DNA from: Octopus sinensis
Lineage: Eukaryota
NCBI RefSeq assembly: GCF_006345805.1
Contig: NC_043015.1
Location: forward strand, 48,484,001-48,548,000
Length of the DNA stretch: 64,000 nt
Direction: 5' to 3'
Shown here: piece by piece, positions 12,116-25,814 of the stretch
Position numbering within the stretch: position 1 is the stretch's first letter
Layout: the number at the start of each line of letters is the position of its first letter
Position numbers and translations under genes: made by a program
The notes under the pieces: generated by a model
What the model was told of the DNA's origin: nothing
The model's input: only the letters and a program-made list of their open reading frames with translations
The model's database searches: none

Positions 12116-15100
12116 GATGAGCTTCTTTCAGTTTCCGTTTACCAAATCCACTAACAAGGCTTTGGTGGGCCCGAGACTGAAGTAGAAGATACTTGCCCAA
12201 GGTAGGGAAGCAAGCTTCTCACCACACAGCCATGCCAGTGTCTGTATATATGTATGTGTGTCTGTATATATGTATGTGTGCATGTGTCTATGTATGTGTA
12301 TATATATGTGTGTGTATATCTCTGTATATATAAATGGCAAAATGTCTCTGTGTGTGAGTCCTTTATACAAATCCACAATTTTTCAGTTAGAGGGCTCGCA
12401 CTTTCTATGGTCATTCAAAACCTTCCAAGGGTGGTTTTGCACATCTTTACATTTCCCCAGTCACCTGGCAAAGCCATTAAAAAATCAATAGAAGTGACTT
12501 TTTTGTGAATTTTCTATCCAAAACCCAATCAAAATGCCTGAAACTTGATATGCCAATTGAATGCCATCTAGCTGTATGTGATTGGTCGGAGATTTGGACA
12601 GTACTTGCTTGGTTGTGTGTGTATGTATATATATAAATAAAATATCATGTAAGTTTGCTATCTCATGTTTCTTCCATTGAAGGAGCCAACCGATGGTTTA
12701 GACGTAGCAGTCATTATGACAAATGGACTAACCTCTGTTTTGAAGATATGGAAGCGTTGATTAGCTGTGGAGATATTCAACTCTTTGATGTTCGGGAACC
12801 CAAAGAAATACTGGACACTGGTAAAATACCTTGTGCTATAAATATTCCTTGTAAGTTTTATATCTTTCTTCTCCTCCTTTTATTAGTTGTGCATAAATTC
12901 CGTGAAGGCTAATGTACTCTAAATTGTAGTTTTACGTACTTCAGTTCATCTTTTGTTTCAGTCATTGGGCAACAGCCTTTGAAGGCTTGGGCATTGCTTT
13001 GAAGGGTTTCAGTTAAGCAGATTGACTCCCCAGTACTTTTTCAGTTTGTTAAATCTGGTACTTATTCTATCAGTTTTCATCATCATTATTTAGCGTCCGC
13101 TTTCCATGCTAGCATGGGTTGGACGGTTCGACTGGGGTCTGGGAAGCCAGAAGGCTGCACCAGGCCCAGTCTGATCTGGCAATGTTTCTACGGCTGGATG
13201 CCCTTCCTAACGCCAACCACTCCGTAAGTGTAGTGGGTGCTTTTTACGTGCCACTGGCACTGGTATCACAGCTACAATTTCCATTGATGTTGATCGATTT
13301 CGATTTTGATTCTCACTTGCCTCAACAGGTCTTCACAAGTAGAGTTTTGTGTCCCAAGAAGGAAAGTTATGCATAAGTGGACTGGCTACATCCCAGGTAG
13401 ACGCCATGGGTTATGGTCTCATTTGTCCTGCCGGGTCTTCTCACACACAACATACTTCCATAGGTCTCGGTCTCTAGTCATTTCCTCGGTGAGACCTAAA
13501 GAGCGAAGGTCGTGCTTTTGTTTGCTGAATTGCTAAGTTACTGGGGCATAAAATAAAAACAAACCAACACTTGTCAGGCATTTGGGGAAGACACACACAC
13601 ACACACACCGAGGACACTGAGTCTTTTGGAGGAGATGACAAAGGACTGAGATGTCTGGTGCCATGCTGTACTCAACACAATTCACCCTCCACAGCAGAAG
13701 TGTTAAGGCCGCTTCCCCTGATGAAGGGGACGAGCCTGCAAGAGTCCTGTGCTGGCACCACATGAAAAGCGCTCATGCAGTTGCCACGTAAAAGTACTCG
13801 TGTTGGTACCATGTTAAAAACATCCAGCACACACTGTAAAGTGGTTTGGCACTAGGAAGGTTATCCAACCACCAAGCCAAATCAGGCTTGAACCTGGTGC
13901 AGATCTCCTGCTTGCCAGCTTTGGTCAAACCATTCCACCCATGCCAGCATGGAAAGCAGACATTAAAGGATGATGATGATATATATATATATAATACAAA
14001 TAAGAAAATAGAGGAACAGATTATGGTATTATCTTATATATTGTATGTATTTTATTGTATATTGTTTTATTCTGTTGGATTTGGATGTTCCTATTTAAGT
14101 AGTTAATAAATAATATGAATTGGTAATATCTGTAAGTCGATGATTGAAAGGAATCTGTTCCTCCATTTTCTTATTTGTATTATGAATTTGAGGTAAAATA
14201 TTTTACCTTCGCCCATCTAATACAATAAATCTAGTAACCCCTATCTCACTTTGTACTATAAGTATATATATATATATATTCCATATATATTCCATATATA
14301 TATATTCCATCTACTAGATTCATCCCTTTCAGAGTTGATGAAATAAGTACTAGTTAAGCACTGGGGTTGATGTAATTGGCTAGCACCCTCCTCCAAAATT
14401 GCAGGCCTTGTGCCTATAGAAGAAAAGATTATCATTACTGACTTTCAGTTTGAGCTTCATTTGCATATCACCTCCTGGTTTCTTTTTATCATTCATCCAG
14501 TCACTTGTAATTTGAGTCAATGAATTCTAATATCTTATTAATTAACATGAAAAGTCCTCTTCGTTATTTAATTCTCTGAGTAACATGGTAGATTAAACAA
14601 ACTTTGTTACAGATCATGCGAACGATGCCCAACTTGAACTCTCCTCATCACTGTTGTTGATAATCTCAGGCAAACTTGTAACAATTCTCATCACATGATC
14701 GCGTGACCAACCAGACTATCAGATGTTGCTACACATCGCTGGTCACAATGCGCTTCGCATTGTTTTAGCCTTCAAATGACGCCACCCCACTGGCTAAGCG
14801 ATCAGGGTGACAAAAGAAAGAGTGAGAGAAAGTTGCGGCAAAAGAGTACAGCAGGGATTCCCCCCCGTCCTGCCTGAGCCTCGTGGAGCTTTAGGTGTTT
14901 TCACTCAATAAACACTCAATGTCCAGTCTAGGAATCAAAACCGTGAGCCCGCTGCCCTAACCACTGGGCCATTGCGCCTCCATAACAATTCTTATGTTTT
15001 AAACAAATATACAATCATCATATCGAAAGGACTTAGTTTTGACTTCAGAGGATAATGTTTCAGCTTAGCTCTACATTTCTACAAAGTTCTGATGTTCTAA

Positions 15101-17012
15101 GCACACTTTTTTGTCTTTCCATTCCATACATTCCAGACACAATTCATCAGGAAACCATTTGCATAATTACTAAATCATCTTTTACTGACACATTCTCTAC
15201 CTCCTCTTTTTAATAATGGACTCATCTTTCCTCTGCTTGCTAATTGTCTTGCATTGACCTTATTACTTTCTGGTTGTATTGTCACTCTCATTTCTACTTG
15301 CTGCATCGTTTCCTTTGTCTCTATTGGTTGTACCATTTTGCCCTCACCCCTGTTGGTTGTACTGTGTCACCCTCATACCTACTGGTATTGTATCCCTCAC
15401 CTTGCTGTTTGTGTTTCCCCTCATCTTTGCTGGTACCTACTGATCTACCCTTGTACCTACTGATTGTACCTTTGCCCTCATACTTTATCTTTCACACTTG
15501 CATTCCTGCTTCCTTCCATCTAAACCAGGGCTGGCCAATCTGAGGCCTGTGGGCTGCAGACTTTTTTCTTGTGGCTCACTTGATACTTTCTTGAAATGGA
15601 TTTATTTAAGCAAACATTTAAAAAAATTTATCAAAAATTAAAGATCATAATGAAAAGTCCTTGCAACAATAATATTTCATGTTGAATCCACAATCATTCA
15701 TTCATTATTGTAATAACAGCATGTGAAAGTAAAATGCTTTCAATTCTGTCAGTATACAAGCATCCCTGAAAAACCTTTCTGTGATTAAAGTGGCCTGCAA
15801 TGTAATTTGAGTTGGCCAGGCCTGGTCTAAACATTACATGCAGTTCTTCATTCTAAACAATGCTGCTCTTTGGAATTCCTTTCTCTCTTGTCCCACTAGC
15901 TACACAAATGTACAAACCCCAGAAGAATCCAAGCCAACTTCACTTCTATTTTTTTGTAACTTAGAGGCTTTCCTTCTGGACAAAAACCAATGCCTTCCTC
16001 TTTGCATACAAGAAGAGACTTCTTGAGGAATTAGAAACAGGTTAAGAAATTTTCTGACAAAGAAATGGAATAAATTATTTAGAAGGAATTAAAGATGAAG
16101 GATGAAGTTGACATTGTTGATTGGCAGCTTGAATTTATTCAATAAACCTGATGCCATAGGTAAAGGAGAAGATGTTCAGAAGGATTCAGTTCTTGAGGAG
16201 TGTAGGGTTTAGAGTGTGAAATATAATAGAGGTCATGAGTAAGGAGTTAGTAAATGGACTGGTCCAGGGCAGTAAGGTTTCCCAGCCAGTCAGTTGGCCA
16301 TTTATGTGATCTGAGATGTCTGTGCATGTTGTGGCAGCATAATTACACACACACATATATAGGCACAATTGTGGTTGTGTGGTAAGAAGTATGCTTTCTA
16401 AATATGTGATTTTGGGGTTCAGTCTCACTGCATGGCATCTTGGATAAGTGACTTCTACTATAACCCATTCTTGTGGATGAATTTGGTAGATGGAAACTGA
16501 AAGATGCCATTCACATACATGGACCGGACTGCATGTTGTGTTCTTGAGCAAGACACTTTATTTCACGTTGCTCCAGTTCACTCAGCTTTAGAAATGAGTT
16601 GCGACGTCACAGGTGCCAAACTGTATCGGCCATGGAGAAGGGAGGCTGGTATGAATGGGTGACTGCTGGTCTTCCATTAACAACCCCCAGACTTGTACAC
16701 TGGAGGGGAATCTCTTAGGTGCACCCATAGTCATTCGTGACCAACGGAGTTGAGTTTATATATATATATATATGGATGAATGTATGGGTGTGTTTGTTAC
16801 TGTCTTCTTGCTTGCTTTGGCAATGTAGGTGTAAGTATCCTTCATCTCCAATATTATGTGAGAACATGTTTGGTCATAGGGAAATATTGGTAACAGATGA
16901 GGGTTGGCATCAAGAAGGGCATCCAGCCATAGAAAATCTACCCCAACAAGTTTTATCCAATTCATGCAAACATGGAAAAGTGGATGTTAAAACTATGATA
17001 TTGATTATAAAT

Positions 17013-17051
<39 letters not shown>

Positions 17052-18216
17052 AAAATTTAATGTATACAATTGCAAAAGTGCTACTAACAGTTTCATGCTT
17101 TAAGATACATTAGATTGACAGATTCATATATGTCGTGTATCTCCAAGCAATGTTTCAGACTCAGTTCATAACATTAGATATATTTAAAAACCAGGATGTT
17201 GATCTATGAAAAAAATGAGAGAAAAAAATGTAAAGAAGGTTGATGTAAAATGTGGAAAGAGAAGAAAACAAAGGCAAGTAAGAAAAACAAGATCTTCATC
17301 GTCTTTGGCAGTAGAAACCAGAATTAATGTTAACAGAAAGCAGGGCAAAGTTTGTGTGATAGCTACTCAATCTGGAGTGGATGGTGACCACCAGTTCATC
17401 AAAAGGAATCTATCCATGTGCTTGCACCTGCTAAAAATTTCAGATCTGGAGTTAAGGTGAATCTCACTTGGCAATGTTATGTGAGATGAATTTATGAAAT
17501 CTCATGAGGAGTTTTGATTTATTGCAACTTTTGTGTGTTTTGGCTGCTGTTGTTGATATTGGACAAGGAAGATGTATTGCCAGATGGTTTCCTTGATATA
17601 TGTGTGTGTGTGTGTCTGTGTATTAAAACATGTTTTTGAGGTCTTCAAAGAAGCAATGCGTATCTGGCATAAGATGTCAGGGTTACTTTGTGGGGTGACA
17701 GATTGATTAGGGATGGATTGATGAGTGAACAGTGGCATTGTATGTGTGAGTATATGGTCAGAAGTCAGAGCAAATAAGGTTTAATTATACAAAACAGAAA
17801 GTACAGGAGACCTAACCTAAACCTTGGAGTACAATAGAGTTGATAAAATGTGGGTCAGATACAGAGATCTTGCAGTATGTTGTGGTGTAACAGGAGTGGT
17901 TTAACAGGAAATATTTGATCTAAAAGATAAGAGGCAGTGGAGTCTACAAGTGGACAGCTTTGTGAAGAAATTCTTTTATAATAGACACTTTTGTTAAAGG
18001 TGGCTGGTTAGCAAATAACATTAGTGTTGAGAACCCACAAATGTGAGTTGAAGGAAAAGAGCACATGTCTTGTAGATTTGGCCACCACCCCCTGCCAGGC
18101 CTCGTGGAGCTTTAGGTGTTTTCTCTCAATAAACACTCACAATGCCTGGTCTGGGAATCAAAACTGCAATCTTACAACCGCGAGTCCGCTGCCATAACCA
18201 CTGGGCCATTTAGCCT

Positions 18217-18275
<59 letters not shown>

Positions 18276-18617
18276 GTGAAGGCGCATGGCTCAGTGGTTA
18301 GAGCGTCGAGCTTACGATCGTGAGGTTGTGATCTCGAATCCCAGACCAGGCTGTGTGTTGTGTTCTTGAGCAAGACACTTTATTTTACGTTGCTCCAGTT
18401 CACTTAGCTGTAGAAATGAGTTGCGATGTCACTGGTGCCAAGCTGTATCGGCTGTTGCCTTTCCCTTGGATAACACTGATGGCATGGAGAGGGGAGGCTG
18501 GTATGCATGGGCGACTGCTGGTCTTCCATAAACCACCTTGCCCAGACTTGTGACTAGGAGGGTAACTTTCTAGGTGCAAGCCCATGGTCAGTGTCATGAC
18601 CGAAGGGGGTCCCAGGC

Positions 18618-18662
<45 letters not shown>

Positions 18663-21600
18663 ATATGGGCAAATCAAAAGTAAAAAACAAGAAAAAAAAC
18701 AATAAAATACAATCAGACATATGCAGTGAATGTATTAGACTAACGCTCTGTGAAAGTTTTCGATGGGAAAATGTGAGTGAAGATGATATTGCAAGTATGG
18801 TTACTCCCTGTTAAGTAACACTACATCTTGTGTATGTATTGTTTGGTTGCAGGAGATATGAACTCCTGATACTGGAGTTTAGTTTTTATCCATTTGTTTG
18901 TTGCACTTTTCTGATTCATTAATTACAATGAAACACTCTTATTTGCAAAAATAAATCAAAATCAATGTTTTCACTCCCCTTTTCCACCGCTTATCAATAT
19001 TGTTAATAAAAACCACAAATCACTTCCGTCGTAACAGATGACATTTTTATGGTCATGCAACAAAACTCCAACGTTTTGTTCGTTAACAGTAGCTTTTATT
19101 GTATTTCCCACTTGTTAACATACTGTATCTGCTGTAGATCAATAAAACCAAATATTGATCTGCAATACATGGACAATAAAGATGCTTTAAACTTCATTTT
19201 TGATGTGAATTTGTGTTGGTTGTGAAATGAGAATTATCTGAGATAAAAAAATATTCATTATTATTTTTTTTTTTACGTTTGTATTTTTTTCAGGAATTAG
19301 TTGAGCCAGCAATGGAGCCAACATTCCTGCATGTCTCCATCCTGTGTCCATCTTGTTTGTAAGACTCAACACTGACACCTTCATCTTTGTTTTTCATCTA
19401 CCAAAATATTTGGCTAATTTCCACCACTAATTTATGTCAGTTTTCACACCAAGCAACAACATCGTTACTTTTATTTTTAGGCTTTTCCATGCTTGTATGG
19501 CTTGGACGAGTCTTTTCTCACACAACATCTCATTATTTGTTGTGTTCTTTTGTAAGCCCCTTTGTGAAGTTCAACCCCCTGAAATTGTCCTTTACTAATT
19601 TTACCTCTGTCTACTTTGATCTTCTTCCCTTGGATGTCCTGCTATTTCTTCATCCATACACATCACATACTTCTATCATCATTGCAGTCTCTCACCCCTA
19701 CAACCCTACAACAGAATGCTTTTGGACCCAATTTCTCCCATTTCATCTCTACCACATCACTCAAACACACTAACCTTACATACCTGGCAGAACATTCTTG
19801 TTTCATTCCTCCCTAGTCTTAGCACATCTTCTGCATCCGGTACCCATGTCTCACAACCACACAGCATCACCCTTTCTATACAAACAATTTACAATCTGCC
19901 CTTTGTTTGAAGAAATGATCCCTTCATTACCAATAGGGACAACTCAACAAATCATTTGTTTACTTTGTATCTTTGAAGATGTCTAATAAAAGATCCCCTA
20001 TTTGAACAACAGGTAAGGGTCAGCAACTGGTTTCCGTAATGTCCTTATCATAGCTGTCTTCTCCTCTACCACTTGTTTGGTTGCCTAGGGAACAGAAGCC
20101 ATCAACTACTTCTATGGAAGTAATTAAGCACTGAAAAGAATCTATTTTACTCATGCTTTCACTACTGTGTTTACTCCTGTATATCTGCCACATACTATCT
20201 TTATTCACTTTAACCCTGCTTCTGATTCCAGAAACCCCTTGTCCACACCATATATGTTGTATGGAATTCCTGTCGATTTTTCTTTTCTCCGAGTGACCAT
20301 TCTTCTGATAACATCAATTTGAACAGCCTTTCTTCCCTTCTTTATAAAACTTCAGCCTTCACCAAATTTACTCTGTAGCTCCTTGATTCTGGCCTCTATG
20401 CTCTAGCACACTCTTAGCCTCTAGCCTTCATCTCCATCTTAGCATGTACCCAACACCCCTATATTCTTTACTCTTTTACTTGTTTCAGTCATTTGACTGT
20501 GGCCATGCTAGAGCACCACCTTTAATCGAGCAACTCGACCCCAGGACTTATTCTTTTTGTAAGCCCAGTACTTATTTTATCGGTCTCTTTTGCCCAACCG
20601 CTAAGTAACGGGGACATAAACACACACATGCATATATATATATATACGACGGGCTTCTTCCAGTTTCCATCTACCAAATCCACTCACAAGGCTTTGGTTG
20701 GCCCAAGGCTATAGTAGAAGACACTTGCCCAAGGTTCCACGCAGTGGGACTTAACCCGGATCCATGTGGTTGGTAAACAAGCTACTTACCACACAGCCAC
20801 TTCTGCACCTATCATAGCAAATACCTTTCACTACTGTTTCAGTCTCTAATTCTCAGATCTGTCTTGGCCCCCGAGCCTTTATATCTATCTTAGTCTCTAT
20901 GCTTCACTTCTATGTCAGACTCTAAACCTTCATCTCTCTCTTACTTTCTCAGTTTCCCTTCTGCTTTAGCTTCTAGTCTTCACTTCTGTCTTAAACCACA
21001 AACCAACAGCCCACGACAATCAACAGTCTTCAATGTTCATTTGGTTTCCATGTCACACCCTGCTCTTTCTGCCTCTACACTGTTTGACTGTTTGTTCCAC
21101 TGTGCAAATATCTTAATGTTTCACGTTGGGTTTGTTAAAGCTTAAATGTTGGATATATTTTCTCATGTGTTTTTAATGAATTTTAAAAAGTAGAAACCAA
21201 GATATTCTTGATTGTACCCTCTTTTGACATTTTAATGTTTATATTTTTTTTGTAATAAGAAATAATTTTATTTTTGTGGAAAAAATGTTATTTTCCATGC
21301 TTTTATACCTTAACCCTTTAGCATTTAAACCATCGATATCTGGCCAAAATATCCTACCTGTTTTATATTCAAACCGACCAGATTCAGCATCTCAAACCTA
21401 CCCTGCAATGTCACTCTAAAAATAAACAACTGCATTTTTCAAATCTCTTGTCTACAAGATAATATGTGATTAATTTTTTAAAATGTGGATAAATAAGCAA
21501 TATATTTGACAGAATAATCTGAATGCTAAAGGGTTAATTTTGTTTCTAAAATCAGAGAAATTAAGAAATGTTTAATTTGTTTTGTTTGTTTTGTTTGTTT

Positions 21601-23874
21601 GTAGTGGGTCAAATAAAAGAAGCTTTACTCATGGCTGATGATCTGTTTTTAAACACATATGGTGTTGTGAAACCTTCACTGCAAGATACTAACATTGTTT
21701 TTGTTGGTTTGGGTCCCATCAAAAGCAGTGCTGCTCTGGAAATAGCTCACAAAGCTGGATTCAAAAAGTAAGCTGAAAAGAATTAAACCTTTTTTAAAAT
21801 TTTTTTTTTCCTTAACATCCAGTTCTCTGTTCACGTGGGGTCAGATGGAATTTGTTGAGGGCAGGGATGTGGCTATGAGGTTAAGAAGTTTGTTTCCCAA
21901 CCATCTGGAGGTCTTGGGTTCAATCCCATTTGTTTGCCTCCTTAAGCAAGTATCTTCCACTATAGCCCAACAGTTTTAATCTTTTCAGTTGCTCTCATAG
22001 ATTTGGATATTTTAAAATTGAGTGAAAAATTTTCAAATTTGGTATGTTGATGTAACTTTTTATGCTGAATCTGAATTTTGGATTCATTTGTTCCTAGAAA
22101 AATTTAGGAAAATGTTACAGGGGTTCAAAGCTTGATAATTTTTAGTCAAATCAGAAAAGAATTGCAATGTGGCTATTTTTCTACATGATAGCTGTCTGTC
22201 TTTAAATGATTCTCACCAAAACTTGTGGTGGTGGTGAAAGTGTCACAGTTGCACTGGTACAACATCCTTGTTACAATGAAAATAAGGCAGACACCAATGT
22301 GTGATTTATGGTCATGTGTATAATGGTGGCTTTCGATTGGTTAAAATTACTCAAAAATTTGCAAAATTTAAAAGCTGTTAACTTTTTATTTATTAATTTA
22401 TGGCAAAAATGGATTTCATTTTCATAATTAGCAAACAAAACTCAATCTGTATACTAAATTTGAAAACAATTGAAAAATTCTGAAATCTGACAGCAACTGA
22501 AAAGATCCAACAATTTTCTGTCCTTTTACTGATTCAGTCATTGGACTGTGGCTGTGCTGGAGCAAGTTGATTATTTCCATATTCCTCAGTGCAAGTGATT
22601 ACTACTTCCAATTCCAACAGGGTCGAGTTTATAGGAAAATATGTCTTTTGGTTTGAGTCAGTGCTGTGTAGTCACAAATATTGGTGCTAAGATAGAACCA
22701 TATTTCTGTTGAAATACAGTGCCTTGTTTCAATTAATTTTGAAAATAATGAAGAAATTGGTAAAATAACTGCCATTTTAAAATTGATGGTTCGTACATGA
22801 ATTATTGTAAAATTTTGACAGATTTTAATTTAGCAATTTGCAACATGGAAGATACAAGGCAGCCATTCAGAAACACACAAAGACTGTCAACCTCACTCTT
22901 CTACTCATTTCAGTCATTTGACTGCAGCCATGCTGGGGCACCACCATAAGGGGTTTTAGTTGAACAAATCTACTCCCAAACTTATTCTTTGTAAGCCTAG
23001 TATTTATTCTGTTGGTCTATTTTGCTGAACTGCTAAGTTATGGAGATATAAACACACCAACATCGGTTGTCAAGTGATGGTGGTGGGAGGACAAACAGAC
23101 ACACATAGATATATACATATATGTATATGACGGGCTTCTTTCAGTTTCCGTCTACCAAATCCACTCACAAGGCTTTGGGTTGGCTCGAGGCTATAGTAGA
23201 AGACACTTGCCCAAGGTGTCACATGGTGGGACTGAACCCGGAACCATGTAGTTTGGGAGGCATTAAAATTTTTGTCACTTGAAATTGAATGGTTAATATA
23301 CATCTTCCAAGCTGCAATTGCCTTAGTTTCAGATTAAAACACTTGCTATGTAAGTATATTTTATTATAATTTAGATAATTCATAAACAAGGAGTTTGAAT
23401 CCTAGATTTAGCAGTTTTAGGAGGGTTGATATCAAAAGGGATTAACTACATTATGAGAACAACCTATTTTATTGTATGAACGATGTCTTTTGTGGAAGGT
23501 GTTTGTAAGCCATTTAAGAAACACACAAAAGCCGTTCGATTCACTTCAACATTTAAGTTTAATTTGTCAAAATATTTTCGTCGCTTTAAGACAGCGACCT
23601 GTTCACTGACAAAAATCCGTGCTGCATGAATGAAATGTTGAAGTGAATCGAACGGCTTTTGTGTGTTCTTAAATGGCTTACAAACACCTTCCACGCTGCA
23701 ATTGTTTTCGTTTCAGCACACGATCTCAGATCAAATCACTTGCTATGCAAGTACAGCTCCGTAAACGATGTCTTTAAAATATTGTTGTTGTTGCTTTGCA
23801 GAGCTCGCCATTACTATGGAGGTTACAAAGAATGGTTGACGAAAACTCAAACAACAGAATCACCACCCGCCTAA
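8404..23874 (+). CDS. Single-domain rhodanese (TSTD3 / Drosophila CG4456-Hsp67Bb-like), 208 aa; CDS join(8404..8626,12683..12850,21605..21767,23802..23874)
   Basis: Four exons with GT-AG boundaries and matching phases (1,1,2) total 627 nt, i.e. 208 aa plus stop. Rhodanese hallmarks: LFDVREPKE, GKIPCAINIPL, YGVVKP, and C-terminal HYYGGYKEW. The active-site loop reads IVFVGLGPIKS. Confidence 0.9.
10838..11465. repeat. Tandem triplication of a 207-bp unit
   Basis: TACCTCT(GGGCATC) recurs at 10838, 11045, 11252 and 11459. The units are nearly identical and each contains a SINE-A tail fragment. Confidence 0.95.
11478..11705 (+). mobile_element. SINE family B copy with 12-bp TSD
   Basis: TSD AATATTTTGTAG at 11466-11477 and 11706-11717. 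Confidence 0.85.
12683..12850 (+). CDS. Rhodanese exon 2
   Basis: Acceptor TTGAAG|GA and donor CCTT|GTAAGT. Encodes ANRWFRR...IQLFDVREPKEILDTGKIPCAINIP. Confidence 0.9.
15526..15824. mobile_element. hAT (Charlie-like) MITE
   Basis: Termini CAGGGCTGGCCAA / TTGGCCAGGCCTG; 8-bp TSD ATCTAAAC / GTCTAAAC (7 of 8 match). Confidence 0.75.
17500..18000 (-). mobile_element. Highly decayed CR1/jockey-like reverse transcriptase relic
   Basis: Interrupted minus-strand frame with INSIVLQGLG (cf. NAGVPQGS) in plausible order; many stops. Confidence 0.3.
18276..18617 (+). mobile_element. tRNA-derived SINE family E (CORE/V-like segment)
   Basis: Head GGCGCATGGCTCAGTGGTTAGAGCG...TCGAATCCC, then GTGTTCTTGAGCAAGACACTT. 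A 5'-truncated copy lies at about 16520-16750. Confidence 0.65.
21314..21533. mobile_element. piggyBac-type MITE (TTAA TSD), family copy 1
   Basis: TTAA-CCCTTTAGCATT...AATGCTAAAGGG-TTAA, about 220 bp, ending 71 nt upstream of rhodanese exon 3. Confidence 0.8.
21605..21767 (+). CDS. Rhodanese exon 3 (active-site loop)
   Basis: Acceptor TTTGTAG|TG and donor AAAA|GTAAGC. Encodes LGQIKEALLMADDLFLNTYGVVKPSLQDTNIVFVGLGPIKSSAALEIAHKAGFK. Confidence 0.9.
21979..22506. mobile_element. Foldback/MITE element with long imperfect terminal inverted repeats
   Basis: ATCTTTTCAGTTGCT at 21979 and AGCAACTGAAAAGAT ending at 22506 (15 bp perfect). Degenerate complementarity continues about 100 bp inward. Confidence 0.6.
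23492..23694. mobile_element. MITE-like inverted repeat (63/62-bp arms, 78-bp spacer)
   Basis: Arms 23492-23554 and 23633-23694 are reverse complements except for one A indel. No clear TSD. Confidence 0.8.
23802..23874 (+). CDS. Rhodanese exon 4 (terminal)
   Basis: Acceptor TTTGCAG|A. Encodes ARHYYGGYKEWLTKTQTTESPPA followed by TAA. Confidence 0.9.
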
Positions 23875-24690
23875 TAACATCCGTGACCTCAACATAACAA
23901 TTAACAACCTTTTTACTTATTGTGGCCAGAAGATGAAAACTGAAATGACACATTGTCCTCTTCTATGGAAGCCATCTCTACAGCATTGGACACAAGGGGT
24001 GGGGGGAAGAAAACGGACAAGAACATTGCTTTGATTCTTGGGTGTAAGATCTGATAAAAGCATCACAGTTCAATACTTTAATACTTTCTTACAAAACCAT
24101 TTTCTTTTTTTTTTTTTAAATTCAGTAAATATTTAAATGAAGAGACACTCTCTGGGTTTGTAGAGATTCTGCTGTTATTATTCAAATATATTTATACACA
24201 TGTTTAAACACTTCCTCGGAGACACAAAGATATTAAATGTCGATATTATTTTTGCTGTCACAGACACTCTTCCTGTTATCTCTGTGCATTATTCAAATTA
24301 CTTTGACCCTTTAAACCTCGAAATTCCTGAAGACTTTTTGGGAAATGTTTGCCATTTTGTTTCGAATAGTTCCAGTGACACTTCTCAAGATGTTTATTGG
24401 AAACATCTTGAGAAGTAATATGTAATATGAAGTAATATGACATGAATATTTATTTCAGTTGGTGGTTTGGAAAACAATCAGCATTAGTTTTCTTTCTTCT
24501 GTAAGCTTCCTGTTTTTATATCAACCTTTTCTTGAAAGGAGCTGGAAAACTGTTTAAAGGGCAAAAAAAAGAAAATCAAAACCTTCAAATGAACTTCCTT
24601 CAGTGTTATGTCTAAACCTTCTCTGTTAAACTGTAACTCTTCGAAACAGTATCTACTGACATGCTTTTTTCTTTTACGATATAAAAAAAA

Positions 24691-24696
24691 AATAAA
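24691..24696 (+). promoter_or_regulatory. Candidate polyadenylation signal of the rhodanese gene
   Basis: First clear AATAAA I found downstream of the stop codon (about 0.8 kb). The context is A-rich, so it could be chance. Confidence 0.25.
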
Positions 24697-25814
24697 ATAA
24701 AATTTGGGCTTTCTTAGATCATTAATTATTCCAGAGAAGTGTCAACAAAACACCAGTTTCATATTTACTGGCAAATCCCTTGCAGTTTGTGAAATTCATA
24801 TAGGAAGCAAGCCAAGCTTGCTTCTCTCTGCTACATGAAAAATAATATATTGAAGTGAACAAAACTTTGGGAAAATTTGGAGTGGTTTTGTGCCTTGTTA
24901 AATCTTTTGATATCAAATTTTTCAATATTATTGAAGTTCTTAGGAAACCTACCTTGAGTATTAAAGTATATAGCATTTAATTGCTAGATTTTAAAGTGCA
25001 TGGAGATATGGATATTACAAGCACAAATTTAAGACAAAACAGTAACTGGTCCACTGTTGGAACTTAAAGCATGCAGTCTATGATCCTACAGAATGTCCGG
25101 GTACTTTTTAATTTTCATGGGAGGGAAAATTTGTAAGTCATTTAATGTCCAACATATCAAAGTTGTGAATTAGAATGTAAACGATAGTTTTTAAAAGAGG
25201 GATACTGGGAAAGTGATTAGAGCTCTGTGTTTGGAGACCCCTTCAGTGGTTCTTGTATTCTTTCCCCTCTCTCAAATTGGGGCTTCTAATGTCTACATCA
25301 GTTTGATGTCTTGTCTGAAATTTTTGAAGATTCATATTTCAGCTATTGCAGGTGGGTGGGGTGGGGCAAAAAAGTTGAAGTCGGGCGGGGGTGTGTGATT
25401 TTAAATACAGGGTACCTTTCAACTTTTTACTGTTGCTTGCTAATAATAATTTGATCCATGTACAAACTGAAAATAAAATTTGTCCATTTCAAAATTTTGT
25501 TGTAAACAAAATTCTATTTGTTTTTCCATGAGATTTTAAACCTTCACTCCGTATTTTAAAATTTTTTCTTATTTGAGAAAAATAAAAGGAAACTTCAAGT
25601 TTACTGCCGTTCTTTTTCGATAATCCTCCTTACTCCAATTAGTCATCATCATCATCATCATCATTTAACATCCGCTTTCCATGCTAGCATGGGTTGGACG
25701 GTTCAACTGGGGTCTGGGGAGCCCGAAAGCTGCACCAGTCCAGTCAGATCTGGCAGTGTTTCTACAGCTGGATGCCCTTCCTAACGCCAACCACTCCGAG
25801 AGTGTAGTGGGTGA

